From contig JAUCBJ010007486.1 in the NCBI GenBank assembly GCA_032718475.1, forward strand, positions 1-64,000: a stretch of 64,000 bases of DNA, in the 5' to 3' direction. This document shows, piece by piece, positions 1 to 12,808 of this stretch (position 1 is the stretch's first letter; each line of letters opens with the position of its first letter). The notes beneath the pieces were generated by a model. It did no database searches, was not told the DNA's origin, and saw only the letters and a program-made list of their open reading frames with translations. This DNA is from Nemertoderma westbladi. Taxonomy: Eukaryota; Animalia; Xenacoelomorpha. Position numbers and translations under genes: made by a program.

Positions 1-204
1 TTATTGGTTAGACGAGAACTTATTAGGTTGGCAGAAGGATATTAACGGGTATTGGTCTGTTCAACAGTTCTGCTGTTAGTATAGAGGTCGCGGTTGTTTA
101 TCACCCTCCTCTAAACTAGGCACTTTATAAAATTTCATATACACTATATGTTCATAATTACGCCAGCCGCACGCACTTCATCTTTAGTTTATTAAAAAAA
201 AAAA

Positions 205-915
205 GGAATGCGGGATGTTGGCTAGACGCGATTCCCTGCAGTTCCCTAGGTCTCACGCTTTCTAACTCTCAGCTCCGCCTATCAATCGCTACCCGCCTCG
301 GCTGCAAATTTACCGAGCCCCACGCCTGCACCAGGTGTGGAAGCCCAGTCCATGCGGATGGACTACCCGGCCTTTATTGCCAGAAGAGTGCTGGCCGATT
401 CGCCCGCCATTCAATGTTGAATGAGATTGTGAAGCGTGGGTTGGCCAGCTGTAATATCCCCTCTATTCTAGAACCACCCGGCCTCTCTAGAACAAATGGT
501 AAACGGGTAGATGGGATGACTCTAGTACCTTGGGAGAGCGGAAAGACTTTGACCTGGGACGCCTCTGTGGTGGACCCCCTCGCACCAAGCCACTTATCCA
601 CCAGCCAGAATGAGGGAGGACGGACGCGTTGCCCAGGAACAGGAGAAAATAAAAACACGAAAGTACCTGGATCTTATAGACTGTAGTTATCAATTTACTC
701 CTGTTGCGTTTGAGACCTTTGGCCGACCAGGACCAGCCACTGCAACCTTCCTGAAAGACCTAGGAAGACGACTCCACAACGCTACCATGGAGCCACGATC
801 CCATCGATTCCTGTTGCAGAGGCTGTCAATAGCAATCTTAATGGGTAACGCCGCATCTATCCTGGGAACAGTAGACTCTAGTAACTCTGATGGGCTTTTT
901 GATTTACTCGAATAA
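205..915 (+). mobile_element. 5'-truncated CRE-clade non-LTR retrotransposon fragment (C-terminal zinc finger and restriction-like endonuclease), frameshifted near 610
   Basis: Translation CWLDAIPCSSLGLTL...HACTRCG...C...GRFARHSMLNEIVKRGL...EPPGLSRTNGKRVDGMTLVPW...WDASVVD then FTPVAFETFG...LQRLSIAILMGNAASILG matches the typical CRE-type RLE tail. Confidence 0.8.
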
Positions 916-1189
916 ATACAACCATTACGTAATAATTTCACCTAATACTTCTAGATCAGTAACAATTACTGAAAGAGACATAAAATAATTAAGTTTGTTT
1001 TAAATAAAAAATTCTTCTAAATAACTTTACTTGGAAATTTTAAATACAGAAATTTCAGTTTATTAAATATTAGTTTTATTGCACCGTTAAAGATTAAATA
1101 AAGTTTGGATGGTACTCATGCCCTCATTCTTCTTAATTATATGTATATCATATAATTTATTACAGGCTAGGCATAGTTTGTCTAGCTAC

Positions 1190-1937
1190 ATTAGCACAAC
1201 ATTAGCTAGCCAGATAATATACACACTGGCCAATATTGCGGTTAAACCTAGTCATATAATTGATTACACTGAGTTCAGTTAGCACAATATTAGTTAGCCA
1301 GATAATATACACACTCGCCATGGTTACACCTAGTCATATAATTGATGACACTGTAGTTGAGTTGTTAGCAGAACATTAGTTAGCCAGATAATATACAGAC
1401 ACACCAATATTGGTTACACCTTGTCATATAATTGATTACACTGCAGTTGTGTTGTTAGCACAATATTAGCTAGCCAGATAATATACACACTCGCCATGGT
1501 TACACCTAGTCATATAATTGATGACACTGTAGTTGAGTTGTTAGCACAACATTAGTTAGCCAGATAATATACAAACACAAATATTGGTTACACCTTGTCA
1601 TATAATTGATTACACTGTAGTTGTGTTGTTAGCACAATATTAGCTAGCCAGATAATATACACACTCGCCAATATTGCGGTTAAACCTGGTGATATAATTG
1701 ATTACACTGAGTTCAGTTAGCACAATATTAGTTAGCCAGATAATATACACACACACCAATATTGGTTACACCTTGTCATATAATTGATTACACTAAGATC
1801 AGTTAGCACAATATTAGCTAGCCAGATAATATACACACTCGCCATGGTTACACCTAGTCATATAATTGATTACACTGTAGTTCTGTTAGCACAATATTAG
1901 TTAGCCAGTTAATATACACGCTCTCCAATATTGGTTT
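1190..1937. repeat. Tandem repeat, ~85-90-bp unit, about 9 copies
   Basis: Recurring TTAGCACAATATTAGYTAGCCAGATAATATACACAC...GGTTACACCTWGTCATATAATTGATTACACTG. Confidence 0.9.
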
Positions 1938-2399
1938 TAATAATAATAATAATTGGATCTTTACTTGTTATCCAAAGGATATGAAATTACATTCAAAGAA
2001 ATTGAAGGACGTGTTAGATTTAAATACACTTGGTTACATTTTAGTTCAGGTTAGTTAAAAATTGCAATGTTAGTAAAATAATTTGGTGCGCAAAATCAAG
2101 TTGGCCAGCGATAAGTCGAGGATAATGATGTACACGTACTGTTTAAGAGGGGGGAGAACATGTTGTAGGCGTGGCGTGGGCAGGAAATATAGTTGTCGGT
2201 TGTACCTTTGGGGTTAGCGCAAAAAGCGCAGAAACGGGATTCATACAGACTCAATATGGATTTTATTATAGATTCAATAATAATGTTAAATATTTTGCAA
2301 GATCAGCCTCTAGATATGACTATACGGAATATAACTTTATGGACTTTATCAACTTTAAGACATGTACCTAACGTTAAAACTACAACACAATCTGTGAAC

Positions 2400-2902
2400 G
2401 GTTGGTGAAAATTCTTAGCCCGCGTGTTTTCTTAGCCCGCGAGTATTCTTAGCCCGCGAGTATTCTTAGCCCGCCGGTATTCTTAGGCCGCGAGTATTCT
2501 CAGCCCGCGGGTATTCTTAGCCAGTAAGTATTCTTAGCCCGCGAGTTAGTAAAGGAGCAGGTTAGTAAAGGAGCAGGTTTCAGAGGCGTATTGGGGCAAC
2601 CAAGACAATAAACGTTATTGTTTTGCAGGCTAAGAATACCCACGGGCAGAGAATACCAACGGGCTAAGAATACCCATGGGCTAAGAATACTCGCGGGCTA
2701 AGAAAACCCATGTGCTAAGAATACCCACGGGCTAAGAATACGCACGGGCTAAGAATACGCACGGGCTAAGAATACACGCGGTCTAAGAATACGCACGGGC
2801 TAAGACTACACGCGGTCTAAGAATACCCACGGGCTAAGAATGCACGAGGGCTAAGAATACATGCGGGCTAAGAACACCCACCGGCTAAGAATTCCTGAGA
2901 CC
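2400..2902. mobile_element. Foldback-type MITE with arms built of 17-bp subrepeats and an 8-bp TSD
   Basis: CTGTGAAC at 2392-2399 and 2903-2910; GG...CC termini; left arm (TTCTTAGCCCGCGAGTA)n and right arm the inverted (GGCTAAGAATACCCACG)n. Confidence 0.8.
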
Positions 2903-2914
2903 CTGTGAACTCAT

Positions 2915-3050
2915 GGAATCAATACACCTAACATAAAATTCTTGGAATTGATACACCTACCAGTAATCTTATGGAAACAATACACCTAACAGTAATCGGG
3001 TGGAAGCGATACACCTAACAGTATACGGGTGGAAGTGATACACCTAACAT
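2915..3050. repeat. 29-bp tandem repeat containing ATACACCTAAC, about 5 copies
   Basis: GGAANNRATACACCTAAC recurs at ~29-bp spacing; an inverted GTTAGGTGTAT occurs at ~3256. Confidence 0.7.
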
Positions 3051-4417
3051 GTATATTTACTATATATTCCCATTGCAGCTGCATGGGGGCGCAAGGTAAA
3101 AAAACACACTGAAAATTTATCTGGCAAATTAAATTCACCTAACATAGCTTGAAACTTTGCGACATGATTTTTTTCGTAATTTGAGACAACTGTTAGCGGA
3201 AAGTGTTAGCACAATTGCGAAGTTAGCACAATGATTGTGGGAATCTGGCGAAATGTTAGGTGTATTACGCGTTTGCACGCGCACACACACACACACACAC
3301 CCCTCTTTGTACAACCCCCATTCTGGGGACCGTTATTTCTATCGGTCGGTTTTGGGGTCGATATTGATTCCCTTATAACTTCTTTATTCTTGGTTTAAAT
3401 TAAATTATTTTGGCACCAATAGACTCAGGAGACCATTTTACGTCATTCTATTGTTTCAAAATTTATCAACTCTAAAGATTGCTAATTTGTTACTCATAGG
3501 TTGAACTGGGGTCCTCAAACATACACATTTCACTGGTGTGTTTAAGTTTTTCTCCAATCACGACCCGGTCCCCAGTGTGATTGAGCACATTTCAGGTAGA
3601 GTTTACACAATCATTAACTCTACCGAATGTTAAACATTTAACAATGTGCAGCCGTGTCAGACAATATGTGATTGGATAACAAATAATGTTCTGGAATATT
3701 CTTGAGAAATAGAAAGGGTTTAATGTGCAGGCAGCCATAATCTTCAAACCCTTGTATTCGTAACTAACTCCGCAATATGATTTTGATGTGAGGAAACAAT
3801 ACGTAGATTTAATTTTGCTACCAATTTTAACTAAATATTTTAATATTTTTATTGCTATTTGTGATAATAATCAAAATAACCAATGAACTTGAAATAAATA
3901 ATTAACTAAACCTAAGAAACATTTATTTAATTTCGCAGTATGTAGTGCCTAATAATAGTATATTATTGACTACATGATGTTCGTAACATTAATACAGTCA
4001 GATAATATAGTTAAATGCTTTAATTCTGAATTACTTAATATATAAGAAGAAAACAATACATGTATTATTTCGTTTCTAAAATTTATATTTTAATAAGCGA
4101 TTCATTTATTTCGTACTGAATATTTAGAAAAATTGATGTTGATGTAGATTGCATTTTAGCTACCAATTCATTCCGGGGACGTCCCCGGATTGTTAATCGT
4201 CCCCGGTTTGTCGCTGTGTATTCATGCTATTGTCCCCGGTATGAATCAGGTACAACTTAATCCTGTGTAATCCGTATCCGTATGTAATGTATATTTTTGA
4301 ATACATATGATTGCATGAACATATCAAGTAGGATAGGGTACTAAGCAAGTTAAATTCTTTAGTACTAAATACATAAAAATGAAAACATACGATACGTTGG
4401 CCTAGGTATTATTTTAA

Positions 4418-5649
4418 GGCCCCGCGGTAGCGCTACATGGACATGATTTTTATATTGCCTTGTTAGAGCAACTTCTCATTGTCAGAAACGACCATAACTT
4501 GGTATGAAGGTCAATGGAAGATTTGTAATTATGAATAAAAATAAAAAAATTCAAATTTTTCAAAAATTTGGAAAAATATTAACAAATATTGACAAATTTT
4601 TGGACAAAAATCCAAAAACCTTCATCAGATTCAATCTTGAGTATTTTCCTTTCTAATTTTTCAAATCGCATCAAAAATGTATGCTCTTTCGATATCTCGA
4701 AGCAAAATTTCAAAAATTAATTAACAATTGTCATTTTGGTGCTGTTTTTTGTTTTGTTTATTGTTTAATTTTGACAAATTAAAAATTATAAATATTTTAT
4801 TCAATTTTGGCCAATTATTTCCATATTGGAATAAAACAATCAGAATTCGAGATCGAGATATCTGAAGAAGAGCACATCAGAGAACCCCTCTGAGCAAAAT
4901 TTTTGAAAATTTATTGAAAATTGAATTGTCTGAAGCTATTTTTATGCAAAAAAAAACCATTCCGAGATAATTGCCTTTAAAATTTGAACCTTCCCGCGCA
5001 AAAATTGTCTGTTAATATGTGAGAAAGTTTGTCAATATATAGGTATCAACAAGAAAGCATAAACCATGCTAAAAATTTTGCTATGGGGGTATTCCTGGTA
5101 GCTGATTTCATTTCTGAGGTCAGTTTTCAATTTTAATGAAATCTAGTTTGTCTGAATGTTTGTCTGTCGGTCTTTCTGACCATCCGACTTATCTGTCTGT
5201 CAAATATTAGAAAAAGGCACAGCATTGAGCTAAAAGTTTAGCTATAGGGGTTTTCCTGGTCGCAGAATTCATTTCGAGTGTCAATTTTAACATTTGATGA
5301 CTTCCAAATTGTCTGTTTCGCTGTCAGACTGTCGGTTATATTTTGACAGACAGACTGACAGGCATACAGACAGAACCGACGAGGGCAAATTTGATTAATG
5401 GCATCAGAAATGAAGTCACCGACCACGAAAACCCACACAGGGAATTTTATTAGACAAATCGTATGTTTTTTATTGACGGACAGACATACTGACGGACAAA
5501 CCGACAGTAAAACGGACAGACAGCAATATCTCGATAAATAGGACAGATCTTGCTAAGCGGTTTTCAAATTTGGAATCTTGATAAATCTGCTCTAGATGAA
5601 ATTAGAAAAATTTTTTGAAAAAAATTATTGAAGTAGTGCTACCGGGGCC
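4418..5649. mobile_element. Kolobok-type non-autonomous DNA transposon (TTAA TSD)
   Basis: TTAA|GGCCCCGCGGTAGCGCTAC ... GTAGTGCTACCGGGGCC|TTAA; no transposase ORF inside. Confidence 0.75.
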
Positions 5650-6135
5650 TTAAGTGTTTTTCTCTAATTCTCTAATTATATCAACTTTGTACAGTTCTAG
5701 AAAAATTGTTATAGGATCAAAAAGTTGAACTTTCTTGGTTATGCCTGGGATTCACAATTTCAAGTTAAGTGCAAACAAGTTTCTATGTATAAAGTTGATA
5801 TAATTGGAGAAAATTACAAACATACTTATAAGAAAGAAGCACTTTATAGCGTTATGACATTTTATAACACTCGCTTCGTTCAGATAATAAACACACTCTG
5901 GCCGACCTCTAAAAAGTGCTACTTTTTACAAAGTGTATTAATAGTAAATGAAATCAATGTATAAAATAATTGTAAATACATGGATGTTAACGTGTTTATG
6001 GGGTTGAAAAGGAAGGAGAAAAGGTATTGAATACAAGAAGAAGAAGGTGGAATAACACGGAAGTTATCAAATCTTACCCAAAACGAAGCAGAGCAACTAG
6101 AAGATTGGACAATAAAGCAGAGATACAGAGCGATA

Positions 6136-8657
6136 TTGAAGGTTAAAGAAGTGGGTGGGGCAGGGTCGTTGGAGTTTAAAGGAGTGGGTGGGGCAGGGCT
6201 GTCTGAGTTTAAAGGAGTGAGTGGGGCAGGGTTGTCGGAGGTTGAAGGAGTGGGTGGGGCAGGGTCATTTGAGTTTAAAGGAGTGAGTGGGGCAGGGTTG
6301 TCGGAGGTTGAAGGAGTGGGTGGGGCAGGGTCATTTGAGTTTAAAGGAGTGGCTGGTGCAGGGTTGTCGGAGTTTAAAGGAGTGAGTGGGGCAGGGTTGT
6401 CGGAGTTTTAAGTAGTGAGTGGGACAGGGTTGTCGGATGTCGAAGGAGTGGGTGGGGCAGGGTCATTGGAGTTTAAAGGAGTCACCATTCTTGTTCATTA
6501 TTGTGGTTGACTATGTTCTACGCATGTCCTTATATCATTATAATGATGATGGGGTGATGATAACTCCACCTACTGGCTCCAGAAGTCGAGGAAATCCTGC
6601 CAAGTACCTAACTGATCTAGACTCTGCTGATGACTTAGGAGTACTCTCAGAATCATTAGAGGGAGCCCAACGGCTCCTCAGCTCATTAGAACATGCTGCT
6701 TCTAGTGTTGGTCTTTTTATTAACTCCAGAAAGACCAAAATTCTGACAGTTAACTTTGAAAGTCCTCAGCAAGTCTCTGATCGGATGAGCATAAGCTCAA
6801 AGGATGGTATGCTTGAGCATGTGGACGACTTCTGTTACCTGGGATCATGGATCCGGAAGTCAGGTGAGGACCTTCGAATACGTAAGGGAAAGGCATGGGC
6901 AGCCTTGAATAGGCTTTCCAGGATTTGGAAGTCACCGAGAATTAATCGGAAACTTAAGGTCCGATTATTTAGAGCAGCAGTAGTTCCAGTACTCCTCTAC
7001 GGGAGTCCATGCTGGGCTCTAACTGCTGAGGACACCAAATCTCTGGATGGCACATTCACAAGAATGCTACGCCGGGTTCATTGTGTCAAGTACAATGCAC
7101 ACATCTCCAACCAGACACTATATAACATTGGAGGTGTCTCATTGGTTCCCCCAAGCTTGACACTAGAACAAAATCGCCTCCGCTTTGCAGGACATTGCTT
7201 TCGCCGTGAGGACCAGCCAGTGCATAATCTTGTACTTTGGCAGCCTCATGGAGTGAATAAGCATGGTAGACAGCCCATGACTTTCTTGAGACGCATCTTA
7301 AAGGACACTGGCCTTAAAGATGCGGATGATCTAGCAAATGTCATGGGTGATAGGGAGTTGTGGCGGTGCAATTTTGTTGACAAGCCGGCACAGCATTCTT
7401 AAAAATGCAGCTGCAATGCAGCATGCCGATCCTAGTAGTAGTAGTAGTAGGGGCAGGGTTGTCCGAGGTTGAAGGAGTGGGTGGGGCAGAGTCGTTGGAG
7501 GTTGAAGGAGTGGGTGGGGCGAGATCGTTGGAGGTTGAAGGAGTGGGTGGGGCAGGGTCATTGGAATTTAAAGGAGTGAGTGGGGCAGTGTTGTCGGAGT
7601 TTAAAGGAGTGAGTGGGGCAGGGTTGTCGGAGTTTAAAGGAGTGAGTGGGGCAGGGTTGTCGGAGGTTTAAGGAGTGGGTGAGGCAGGGTCGTTGAAGGT
7701 TGATGGAGTGGGTGGGGCAGGGTCGTTGAAGGTTGAAGGAGTGGGTGGCGCAGGGTTGTTGAAGGTTGAAGGAGTGGGTGGGGCAGAGTCATTGGAGTTT
7801 AAAGGAGTGAGTGGGGCAGGGTCGTCTGAGTTTAAAGGAGTGAGTGAGGCAGGGTTGTCGGAGGTTGAAGGAGTGGGTGGGGCAGGGTCATTTGAGTTTA
7901 AAGGAGTGAGTGGGGCAGGGTTGTCGGAGGTCGAAGGAGTGGGTGGGGCAGGGTCATTTGAGTTTAAAGGAGTGAGTGGGGCAGGGTTGTCTGAGTTTAA
8001 AGGAGTGAGTGGGGCAGGGTTGTCGGAGGTTGAAGGAGTCGGTGGGGCAGGGTCATTTGAGTTTAAAGGAGTGAGTGGGGCAGGGTTGTCGGAGGTTGAA
8101 GGAGTGGGTGGGGCAGGGTCATTGGAGTTTAAAGGAGTGGCTGGGGCAGGATTGTCGGAGTTTAAAGGAGTGGGTGGGGCAGGGTCATTGGAGTTTAAAG
8201 GAGTGAGTGGGGCAGGGTTGTCGGAGGTTGAAGGAGTGGGTGGGGCAGGGTCATTGGAGTTAAAAGGAGTGGCTGGGGCAGGATTGTCGGAGTTTAAAGG
8301 AGTGGGTGGGGCAGGGTTGTCGGAGGTTGAAGGAGTGAGTGGGGCAGGGTCGTCTGAGTTTAAAGGTGTGAGTGGGGCAGGGTTGTCGGATGTTGAAGGA
8401 GTGGGTGGGGCAGGGTTGTCCGAGGTTGAAGGAGTGGGTGGGACGAGGTCGTTGGGGGTTGAAGGAGTGGGTGGGGCAGGGTTGTCGGAGTTTTAAGTAG
8501 TGAGTGGGGCAGGGTCGTCTGAGTTTAAAGGTGTGAGTGTGGCAGGGTTGTCGGATGTTGAAGGAGTGGGTGGGGCAGGGTTGTCTGAGGTTGAAGGAGT
8601 GGGTGGGACGAGGTCGTTGGGGGTTGAAGGAGTGGATGGGGCAGGGTCGTTGGAGGA
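6136..8657. repeat. G-rich 30-bp minisatellite, interrupted by an RTE fragment
   Basis: Unit ~GGAGTGRGTGGGGCAGGGTYGTCGGAGKTTRAA repeated dozens of times; explains the GVGGAG pseudo-ORFs. Confidence 0.95.
6481..7450 (+). mobile_element. 5'-truncated RTE-clade LINE (RT C-terminal half)
   Basis: SPFLFIIVVDYVLR...LTDLDSADDL (FADD-like)...FCYLGS...LLYGS...RLRFAGHC, stop at 7402, short UTR and (GTA)n tail at 7432-7450. Confidence 0.9.
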
Positions 8658-9742
8658 GGATAGGGTTTGGGGGCAAGGTTAACTGCGTCTGTTGTTGTTA
8701 TGCAAACCATGCGTTCATGGCATGACTTATTTGATACATCAGATTTAACTACCACCAATGTTCTTGATATTGTTAAGGAGTTTACATGGTGCAGCAACTA
8801 TGCTGAACTTGCAGATTGCATCAGTGAGCATCATGTCAGCAATCCGGCATTGAGTAACTGTGACATGGTCTGTGGTGATTCTCAAGAAGATAAAAACAAT
8901 CTATGCAATTCTGATACTGATTCGGGAAATGTTTCTGGTAAAGATGATATGGATGTATTTTCAAGTAACTGAATTTGAATTTGAGTCAGAATCAGCTTAT
9001 ACAAATTATAGCAAGAAAACGAAACGTAACGTTCTTAATGAATGTCCTTCATGAACCACTTTCAATTGTATATTGCAAATGTATATCAAGTTGTTTATCA
9101 GGAAAATTTGTCATAAAATTATATATTCGATTTGATTTCTTATTGTTTGTTGAAATAATAGATAATAGAAATGAAATGAATGAAATAATAGCAGTGAGGG
9201 GCGCCATTCTGCTTTAAAACACGATTACTAAAGTATTTGATTTCCAAATTGGCACATTCGACATATATATATTCTACTTACTTAAAATTAATCTCTACTT
9301 TTTAGGTGACAATGAATTCCTAGTCCCCATTTTGAACCATACCACACATACTGCTGCGTTTGGTCAAAATGTTAAATTAGATCACAACATATTAATTACA
9401 TTGTAGATTCCAGTCCCCACATTGAACAACAGCACCCATACTACAACGTGTGTTTGGAATGTTATATTAACTGTATGGAAAAGGGGACACTTGAAACTAT
9501 CGCATTATACTGGGGTCAGTGAAATTTTCAAAACTCAAACACAAATTTACACACGTATTTGACAGGTTTGGGTGGAACAGGGGACATCGCCGAAATGATC
9601 TGAAATTTTCAGAATCCATTAATTTTAGTACGTAGATTCCATTTTTGATATCTTTTCATTCCGGGGACGTCCCCGGATTGTAGATCGTCCCCGGTTTGTC
9701 GCTGTGTATTCATGCTATTGTCCCCTGTTTGAACCAGTTCAC

Positions 9743-9784
<42 letters not shown>

Positions 9785-10649
9785 TTTTGAAAAACGGCCA
9801 TAGTATAATTATATCAGTTCGCTGATGGCTCGCCATTTGTGTCTCGCCCCACATCCTGGAGAGAACAGAAATCACTGTGTTTTAGTTTTGGTACTATCTA
9901 TAAAAGGGTTGTGGATGTCCGTAAATAACAAGTCATTGAAGGACCGTGTATTATTGCGAGCTATTTTCATGTCAGTCTTGATTCCGAGAAACCAAAACAG
10001 TAAGGGAACTGAAAGGATCACTTATTTGAACTTTTAGAGATACAAAGCCGTTTTAGGAGCTTATCGTAAATCCTGATAAAATAATATATTCAAATAATTT
10101 ACTAAATATTGAAGAAATAGCTAGTGGTTTGTAACTAGTTTTATTATCAATAGCTCCTTTCTTGTCTTTGATAATTGGTATTAATAAACAATGTATTGCT
10201 CTACCTGGAATTACACCATGAATATTCATAGACGTAACTAACTAGGCACTAATTATGCACTGCGCTTCTTCTGGGACTGCGGTTCCTCATAACATAAGCA
10301 ACAAAAGGTCTGATTCGACAGAATTGCAGCCAGGCTTCCAGTTTTTAACTCCTGTTCCATTAAACCTCCCGTAAAAACGTCCAGTCTCCATTTGCCACTC
10401 TAACCTTTGGATATACCTATATTGGATATTCTGACTACAAATGGAATGAATAACCTTTCTGTAAGAATTGCTCGCTGATTGGTATTAAAACTTATTCGTT
10501 AATTGTAATTTCCTAATAAGTTTCTATTAAAAAAAATATATATATATATTATTCATATTCATTCATAAATATTCTATAATAATGTTTTGTGGCTGGTTGA
10601 TTGAATTCAAATTTTTTTATGAAATTTACTTCTATTTAATTTCATTTAG

Positions 10650-11273
10650 ATGAATGTGAAGAACTGGTTGCCATTAGAAATGGAGATCTTGTGCCAACCG
10701 AATCGAACAGCCTGAACGGTTTCCAACACCATGACAAAACAACAGCAGGAGGTCCGTGGACCATCATCCAAAGGAGGATTGATGGATCAGTTGACTTCAA
10801 TAGAATATGGGATGACTATACTGCAGGATTTGGAAATGTTAACTCTGAATTTTTCCTAGGTTTAGAAAACATCCATACACTTACCTCTGGAGGAGTTCAT
10901 CTTAGGATAGATATGTGTCGTAGCGACGGAGTGTACAGATACGCAGAGTATCATTCATTCTCTGTTGGACCAGCGCCTTTGTATAAGTTGAACATCTCTG
11001 GATACAGCGGTGATGCTGGCGATAATATACTAGTTGAGGACCCACCCTTTAATCAACGTTACTTAAATGACATGGAGTTTTCAACAAAGGATCGTGATAA
11101 ACTCATGCCCCGTAACTGTGCAGAAAGTAATGAAGCGGGATGGTGGTATAATTGGTGTAGCTATTCTACACTCAACGGTGTATTCGGAAAGATTTCGAGT
11201 TCGATTTGGGGTACATTCACATCTACAAAGCCTCTAGCGATTACGGAAATGAAAATAAAGCAACGTGGAAGTG
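10650..11273 (+). CDS. Host exon encoding a fibrinogen C-terminal (FReD/FBG) domain
   Basis: WTIIQRRIDGSVDFNRIWDDY..GFG...EFFLGLENIH...YSGDAGD...FSTKDRD...NCA...GWWYNWC; acceptor TTCATTTAG|, donor |GTAAGC, 624 nt, phase 1-1. Confidence 0.9.
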
Positions 11274-11880
11274 GTAAGCAAATATATAATTAAATGTGCA
11301 AAGAAAAATGACGGGAATGCGGGGATAGTAAATATTAGGTAATATTTGTGTGCAGTCACGTATGAAGGCACCACCAAGCAAAATTAAGTTAAGGTATAAA
11401 TGACTAACTATATTATAATGTATGACTGACTACATTATAATCCTTCTTCAGGCAAATAGAATATATACAATATAACCGTTAACACGTTAGATATAACTGA
11501 AAGTTTTAAATTTCCCGCCAATTGTAAAGGTTATAAACGTTTGGTTATGGTAAAGAAGGTGTGAGTTGGTAAATGTAAACTAGGTGTGAGGTACAGTAGG
11601 TGCACGCTGGTAAATATTAAAACATTGCAAAGGAGGTAACAATGAAATAATGAAAGAAATATAATTATGCTATGCCTTAATAGTAATATTATGAATATGA
11701 ATATGTTTGAATATATGTGTGAATTAGCGTTCCTGGCATGACCCTACCAGTAATTTATTTATTTATATTACGACTGCATCAGTGTCTCGTGTCTTTGTTA
11801 CATGTACGTACAGTGCAATATAATTTTTATTTTTTTTAATTTTATTTGTTGTTTGTAAAGTAGGCCTACGGTTGAATATT

Positions 11881-12008
11881 ATTATATACATAAGGGCATT
11901 CTAGACCAAATTAAATTTCTTGTGATTATGTTTTACATCTTGTCTTTTGACTTTGACTTTGTCTCGGTAGTGTGAACGCGGCCTAAAGTGCCATTTTATT
12001 GGCCCTTT
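11881..12008 (+). repeat. ~125-bp direct repeat, copy 1 (copy 2 at 52059-52180)
   Basis: ATTATATACATAAGGGCATTCTAGACC...GTGCCATTTTATTGGCCCTTT is nearly identical at both places. Confidence 0.9.
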
Positions 12009-12808
12009 CTCAACCAGGATTACGTCAAGGTGGGATCAGGAGTCCAAAGTGATTTGGAGAGCGACTTCAACGCCATGACGGATTTGGAGGATCGATTGCC
12101 GAGACCGTTTGTCGACACCAAGCTATTGTTGCTAAGGGCACAGGATATTGGAATTTATAGAGAGTACCCAAACTCTGCTAAGACTGGTATGGGCTTTATA
12201 GCGCATTTGTTGTACAACTGGGACTTCAAGTTGAAGACGCAAAAGAAATACGAGGAGGCATAAGGTGAATATAACACGCCGCCGGGAGCGGAGTTCAAAT
12301 CCCACTTTAAGCAGCAAGCGTTAGTGTATTGGAACATCTGCGCGCCACCCCGTGCGTCGCTGCAATATTATTTGGTGCTGGAGTCGAACACAGTAACTTG
12401 TTTAATCGCGGATATCGTTGCGCGAGTTCTGAAGCGTCATATTGGTGTTCGGAGGAGATCAATACGTTCGTTCGAAGGGAGGAATCCAATCCGACGTGAT
12501 GAAGCATTTCTTAACCCCGTTCTTCAACCAATCGCTAGAAAACACGTCGATGGTTAGGAGAGGATTAGCGATATTCGAAGGAGTATATCGACAGAACATC
12601 GGAGATTTGGGAGACCGACCTTCGATGGAGTATCCAACGCCAGAGGCCTTGGAGAAGTGGTTCGGGAATCAAACCTGCGGGTTTGGTACTCCCGTCCACT
12701 TGGAGGCGGATAGACCCGTTAGAGAGGGTTGGCCTGAGACGTTAGTGGAGGTGTTCGGAATAGATCTCCCGGTGGAGAAGACATATCCGAAACGGACGCG
12801 AGAGGAAA
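12009..12808 (+). pseudogene. Element D accessory gene, part 1: exonuclease-like domain (5'-truncated, disrupted)
   Basis: DYVKVGSGVQSDL..DF...PFVDT...GFIAHLLYNWDFK...FLTPF...GLAIFEGV aligns by eye with the 58242-59972 protein (ILKIGSAVYGDL..DF...PFVDT...HLAFQEYGWNFK...FLTPF...GFAIFQDV). Confidence 0.75.

Larger units (their letters stand above)
3301..9744. mobile_element. Putative (CA)n-flanked non-autonomous DNA element rich in GGGGAC/GTCCCC motifs, with nested insertions
   Basis: (CA)n at 3281-3300 and 9745-9781; GGGGAC/GTCCCC clusters near both ends; the ~75-bp right-end block at 9659-9735 is duplicated at 4171-4247. Confidence 0.4.

Noticed and set aside
7405-8682. Gly-rich ORFs (GVGGAGS...) resembling structural proteins
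   Set aside because: Products of a 30-bp minisatellite with scattered stops, no splice or start context, and an RTE insertion in the array.
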